Positions 56,198 through 64,000 of a DNA stretch of 64,000 nucleotides are shown here, in pieces. Origin of the DNA: Eledone cirrhosa. Its lineage: Eukaryota. The position numbers and the translations under genes were made by a program. Below the pieces are notes generated by a model that ran no database searches, was not told the origin of the DNA, and saw nothing but the letters and a program-made list of their open reading frames with translations. Location of the stretch: positions 28,458,001-28,522,000 of the forward strand of contig OZ024742.1 in NCBI GenBank assembly GCA_964016885.1, written 5' to 3'. How positions within the stretch are numbered: the first letter of the stretch is position 1; each line of letters begins with the position of its first letter.

Positions 56198-56202
<5 letters not shown>
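56072..56202. repeat. Palindrome folding back at the hammerhead core
   Basis: ATCTTC-T-GAAGAT centre at 56137; CTGAAGA-TCCC-GTTAA-GGGT-GAAA-GCA..TGC-TT. Confidence 0.88.
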
Positions 56203-56237
<35 letters not shown>

Positions 56238-56290
56238 GTCTGTTTACACTCTTTACAAATTATCCCCATCTATGTTTGATATGTTTATCT

Positions 56291-58017
<1,727 letters not shown>

Positions 58018-58019
<2 letters not shown>

Positions 58020-58484
58020 ACACCCCCGTCCCACCACCTCCACCCCATCCACACCGCCCTTTTCAATGTAAACTTATGTTGGTCCCACAACATCCAGGCC
58101 GAAACAAATGAGATCGTGTAGGTGTCACGACAAAAAAACACACAGTCCACGCTGTAAATGTGGCCGTGTAGGCAACACGGTAAAAACCTCCCAGCCCCAC
58201 ACTGTAAATGTGGTTGGTGTTAGGAAGCGCATCCAACTGTAGAAAACCCGCCAAACAGTCCACGCTGTAATGTGGCCGTGTAGGCAACACGGTAAAAACT
58301 TCCCAGCCCCACACTGTAAATGTGGTTGGTGTTAGGAAGGGCATCCAGCTGTAGAAAACCCGCCAGACAGTCCTATGCGAGCAAGACAACCACTCTTGCC
58401 TCAAGTGGGAAAACCCCCGTCCAACCCCATGCAAGCGTGGAACACAGACGCTAAACCCGATGATGATGATGATGATGATGATGA

Positions 58485-58487
<3 letters not shown>
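58018..58487 (+). mobile_element. RTE 3' UTR copy with internal duplication
   Basis: Reverse match to 23160-23510; (GAT)n tail. Confidence 0.85.
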
Positions 58488-58523
<36 letters not shown>

Positions 58524-58534
58524 TATACATATAC

Positions 58535-58587
<53 letters not shown>

Positions 58588-58598
58588 TATACATATAC

Positions 58599-58665
<67 letters not shown>

Positions 58666-58676
58666 TATACATATAC

Positions 58677-58927
<251 letters not shown>

Positions 58928-59209
58928 CATATATATATACATATATATATATATTTATATCAAATTAAAGCTCGATTGACATATATATATATATATATAT
59001 AAGATAAACATATCAAACATAGATGGGGATAATTTGTAAAGAGTGTAAACAGACATAGTTACAGAGGCAGCATATTAAAATTTAATGATAATTTGAATAT
59101 AGATACCTTGCAATAATGATTAATCTCCTTTGTATACATTCCATTAAAGAAATATATTAAATATTTATGTCTAAAATTGCAAATTGCCATAGAGTTACAC
59201 ATGTAGATT

Positions 59210-60118
59210 AGTAGTGCAGGTGCATGATAAATTGTGCCATCTTCATCCTGTAAGGTGGTAGTGCTCATTACACTATAAGGTGCACCTATCCCAATCTGTA
59301 AAATGGAACTGATAGCGCCATAATAAAAGGCACCAAGTCCACCCTGTATGGTGGCAGGTTTTGAGCCATGGTAAAAAGAACCTAATCCGCACTGTAAGAT
59401 GGTAGGGCTGGTGCCATGGTAAAAAGCACCCAAACCACCTTGTAAGATGATACAGCTGGTGCCATAACAAAAAACACCCAGTCAATCTTGTAAGGTGTTA
59501 GTGCTGGTACCATAACAAAAAACACCCAGTCAATCTTGTAAGGTGTTAGTGCTGGTGCCATAACAAAAAACACCCAGTCAATCTTGTAAGGTGTTAGTGC
59601 TGGTGCCATAACAAAAAGTACCCAGTCAACCTTATAAGATTGTAGTGTTACAGCCATAAACAAAAAGCACCCAATTCAACCCTGTAAGGTGGTAGTGTTA
59701 CAGCCATAACAAAAAGCCCGAAATGGTAGGGCTGGTGCGATAACAAAAAGTACCAAATCCACTCCATGATTACACCCTTAGGATAAATCAAGGAATAACG
59801 AAAAAATGCACATGCAGTTTGGAAAAACATGTGCATTTTCTCGTTATCCTTGATTTGACATCATTATTTTTGTTAGTATTAGATGCTCCTGTAGGTGGTA
59901 GTACTAGAATCACTAAATTAAAACTCCCAATACACATTGTAAGGTGTTTGGCATTAGAAATGGCACCCAGCTGTTGAAACTAAACTGAACCAAACCCCAA
60001 AAAGCAGATTATATGAACAAGGCATCTTCCCCTGGCCAATCTAGCCTCAGAGCATGACTACCCAAAATCCCAATGCATGAAATATAGATATTAAACAGTG
60101 ATGGCGATGATGATGATG
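59210..60118 (+). mobile_element. RTE-tail element with 48 bp tandem array
   Basis: GTGCTGGTGCCATAACAAAAAACACCCAGTCAATCTTGTAAGGTGTTA units; ends with CCCAGCTGTTGAAAC..(GAT)n. Confidence 0.72.
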
Positions 60119-60431
60119 TCTTACATGCAGTAAATGGAGGCATTATGTATTAGATAAGTGAGAAGGAAAAAAAATCATAACTGTATAATGAAAACAATTA
60201 AATAGAATTTGTAATATAATATGTTATAAGAGAGAACAGAGTAATTTAAAGTGGAGAAGGCCACAATGAGTGGAGTCAAAAAGCCTAAGTGCAGCAGTTC
60301 TACAACTGAAGCTGGTGCTTTTAACTGAAAGAAAATTAATACACAAGCTTTTAATGTAAAGAAAAATGCGCGTTACAAAATAATAATAGTACTACAACAA
60401 ATACTACTGTTGCTACTACTAATATACTACT

Positions 60432-60469
<38 letters not shown>

Positions 60470-60815
60470 TGATGATAATAATAAAAATTGTAAAGCAAGA
60501 TGAAGAAAGAATAATGCAATTATGGAATTATATATTTCTTTATATATATATATATATAAGTATAAAATGTGTATAAGTATAAAATGATTATATATACATA
60601 TGAGGGTGATGTTATACATGCACATACATAAATACGTACATATATATGTATGTACACACATACATATGTACACATGTACATACATATATACATTCACATA
60701 TACACACAAACCACACAATCATACACATAATTACATACATATACACATACACAAATATATATGTATACACATACACATATACACACATACACATACATAC
60801 ATACATACAGACATG

Positions 60816-60847
<32 letters not shown>

Positions 60848-61980
60848 ATATATATATATATATACACACACATACATATATATATATATACATACATACA
60901 CGTACATATATACATCTAGTTAGATTGTATCTGATTTGTACTTTGATTTCAACAGAGCCAATTATGAAGGGGGATTACAACAAACCAGCTAGAAAGGAAG
61001 GCATTGCTAATTAGAACATATTTTTAAAATGTCAGTATGATTAGCATTTGCAATATCAGTTTAATTATTTCTCTGTATAGACATCATAGAACGAAAGTGA
61101 ACTGCTTAACTGGGATACCTACCATGGGTCAGACCTATATTATTAGCTATGTATGTATGTATATACATACTATTTACAGTACACACACATATATATGTAT
61201 ATTTATAGTACAAATATATATAAATATATTTATAGTACATATATATATATATATATACATACACACACAGATACACCACCTTATATATATATATGTGTGT
61301 GTGTATATATATATATATATATACACAAGTGTAATCCACTAATATTGTACTGAATAACATTAAGTGGTTAATGAAGTTCATATATTTGTTATTAACAATA
61401 TATTTATTGCAGCATTATAATACTTATATTTCCAAACAAATGACCTTCTTAGCTTAATTTTCCATAGTTTTCTAATGAACCACCAGTACTATAAATATTT
61501 CAACAGAAATTCAGTCAAAGTAGCTATACTGAATGTGAAATCTTCAATTGTATCCTCAGATGATACGGTACTAAACAGGGTTTTAGCACAATTATTTCAA
61601 ATTTTGCACCTATGTTTAATAGTGGTAACCCAGAAAATATGTTACTCGATAGTAATTACATGGCAAAAAATATTACACACTAAGGCATACACAGTTCAAA
61701 CGAGTGGCACAGATGTACACAGTCTTGACAAAAGGCAATAACCCCAAAACAAGTTGACTGTTCCTTGATGCAAATGAAACTAATCAGCCAGTATATACTT
61801 TTGAAAATATATATATTTTTAACAGTTCAAGCGAGTGGTAGAGTAGTACACAGTTTGACAAGGGGCAATAACCCAGAAAGTTGTTGACTGCTCCTCGCTG
61901 CCACTGCTAGAAAAAAGACATACTATAATATGGCTGTTTATTTGCAAATGAATCGAATATTATTATTATTCGATATAAAA

Positions 61981-62200
61981 GGGCAGTGGATTGGCAGTAT
62001 CGGTAGAGTCAGATACTATGCTTTGCAACATAGAGTTACGTCCCTTTACATTCTGAGCTCAAATCCCGCTGAGGTTAACTTTGCCTTAGATCGTTACGGG
62101 GTCAATGAAATAAAGTACTAGCAATGTACTTGGGTCGAATTAATCAACTTTCTCCTCCTTCCAAATTACTCGCCTTGTGCCTAAACTAGAAATCATTATT
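61981..62200 (+). mobile_element. SINE family 2
   Basis: TGGCAGTATCGGTAGAG head and conserved body. Confidence 0.78.
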
Positions 62201-62257
62201 ATTCGATATAAAATTAATAAATACATTTATGTGACCGAGAAATCAAATTCTAATTTT

Positions 62258-62299
<42 letters not shown>

Positions 62300-62303
<4 letters not shown>

Positions 62304-62530
62304 TTAGAAATTATAAGCTTTCACTGTATTTTAGACTAAAGAAATTTCTAGCCTGATAGTGGGGTTTATAACCCTCGGAGAAATGGAAAAAGATGAGTGT
62401 TGCCGTACATGTTGCTCCCATGTACGGCAACACTCATCTTTTTCCATTTCTCCGAGGGTTATAAACCCCACTATCAGGCTAGAAATTTCTTTAGTCTAAA
62501 ATACGGTGAAAGCTTATAATTTCTAATTTC
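62300..62530. repeat. Near-perfect inverted repeat (112 bp arms, 7 nt loop) in (TA)n
   Basis: 62300-62411 vs 62419-62530. Confidence 0.93.
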
Positions 62531-62580
62531 AAACTCGCGCACCGTTTCAAAAACATACATGTTTACGTTTATAATTTGTT

Positions 62581-62615
<35 letters not shown>

Positions 62616-63139
62616 TAAAATGGCTGACTGAATACAAACCTATTCTTCTCAAAAATATGCTGTTTGTGTTTTACTCTTCTCACTCTTTATCTTTGTATTT
62701 TAATTTCTGATGAAGGTCTAGTGTCCAAAATGTTATGACACTTTTCCAACTATATCAAACGTGAAATTAATATATTTCTTCATTCTACTGTGTTGTTTGC
62801 TTTGTTATTTCTGTTTAATTTTTACGTACATATATATGAGTATGTGTCAATGTATGTACTTATATATCTATTAATCACTTGCTCTGATCGATTCACAAGA
62901 TTCCAGTACTCATTACATCATCGTTTAACATCCATATATATATATATATGTGTGTGTATATATATATGTGTCTTTATATGTATATATATGTGTGTGTGTA
63001 ACAATGCCAACTACAATAATATTAACAACAACAACAAACAACTATCAATACACTCTCTTCTAATTGAAGCCATTTATATAACTTTGATGGAGGAAATGAG
63101 AATCTGCAGTAAAATGAAGGAATCGTATTTAATTATGTC

Positions 63140-63340
63140 AATGTGTGTGTATTTCTCTGTGTGAGAGTGTGTATGTGTGTGTGTGTGGTTCTCTGTGTAA
63201 GAGTGTGTATGTCTGTGTGTGTTTCTCTGTGTGAGAGTGTGTATGTGTGTGTGTGTTTCTCTGTGTAAGAGTGTGTATGTCTGTGTGTGTTTCTCTGTGT
63301 GAGAGTGTGTGTGTGTGTGTTTCTCTGTGTGACAGTGTGT
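63140..63340. repeat. (GT)-rich ~30 bp minisatellite
   Basis: TTTCTCTGTGT(G/A)AGAGTGTGTATGT units. Confidence 0.8.
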
Positions 63341-63444
63341 ATGTGTGTGTGTGCTTGTAATGGCAATGCATGTTTATATTTAAAAGAAGGGCATATATGT
63401 AATAGTGTGTTTGCACACATATATATATATAAGCACACACACAC

Positions 63445-63496
<52 letters not shown>

Positions 63497-63605
63497 TAAT
63501 ATATGTGTGTGTGCGTATATATACATGTGTGCAAACACACTATTACATATATGCCCTTCTTTTAAATATAACATGCATTGCCATTACAAGCACACACACA
63601 CATAC
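63339..63605. repeat. Fold-back inverted duplication centred on (TA)n
   Basis: 63339-63450 mirrored at about 63495-63605. Confidence 0.88.
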
Positions 63606-63834
63606 AGGTAACGGAAGCTGTCCACTATTTCTATAGAACCCTCTGCGCAATTGAAAGAGCTAGTATTTGTGGGCACTTGCTGCTACTTATTGCACCAGAA
63701 CACCGGCCACATGTAAAATCTATGTTCTTAGTTAGCTTACCTGTGATCCCACTACATCTTTTATGTACCCATACTTTGCATTTAGGACATAAAATGGAGT
63801 TTCTACCTACGCATTTCCTACACACCGAGCACGA
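63606..63834 (-). mobile_element. Internal RTE fragment (Cys-rich segment)
   Basis: Near-identical to about 24092-24320. Confidence 0.88.
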
Positions 63835-64000
63835 TGTATATATATGTATGTATATATGTATGTGTGTATGTATATGTGTATATATGTATGTATATATATA
63901 TATGTATGTATGTATATATATATATGTATGTATATATATATATGTGTGTATGTATATGTGTGTGTATATATACATACATATATATAAAAGGCAAAGGGCT

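Noticed and set aside
61691-61901. ~80 bp diverged direct duplication (similar case at 37339/37767)
   Set aside because: Ordinary local duplication with no further structure seen
62700-62745. CTGATGAAGG..CCAAAATGTT hammerhead-like string
   Set aside because: GAAA is mutated and there is no stem I; too degenerate to call

Overview
Eukaryotic, repeat-dominated, AT-rich window with no host protein-coding exon that I can support. The repeat inventory (long (TA)n tracts, tRNA-derived SINEs, RTE LINEs with (GAT)n tails) resembles an octopus/cephalopod intron or intergenic region; this is inference. Contents: a decayed Penelope-like element (RT + GIY-YIG, 4530-6794) and a second decayed PLE fragment; about 7 RTE LINE copies; a Dong/R4 3' end in (TAA)n; Tx1/L1-like 3' ends; two DD37D (maT) elements; a mariner relic; a non-autonomous Helitron; MITEs; SINEs; minisatellites. 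The most striking structure is a set of short, sequence-unrelated palindromic islands inserted in or next to (TA)n. Most carry a type-I hammerhead ribozyme (HHR) core (CUGANGA...GAAA...UH) in both arms, with the fold-back point at or just upstream of the core. Several are followed by a conserved, covarying bulged hairpin, (A/G)CUC-[stem-loop]-UY-GAG(U/C)RC, which occurs about 11 times in the window. These look like a diverse set of non-autonomous Penelope pLTR/retrozyme-type elements with a second, possibly undescribed, structured RNA signal. All folds were read by eye, not computed.
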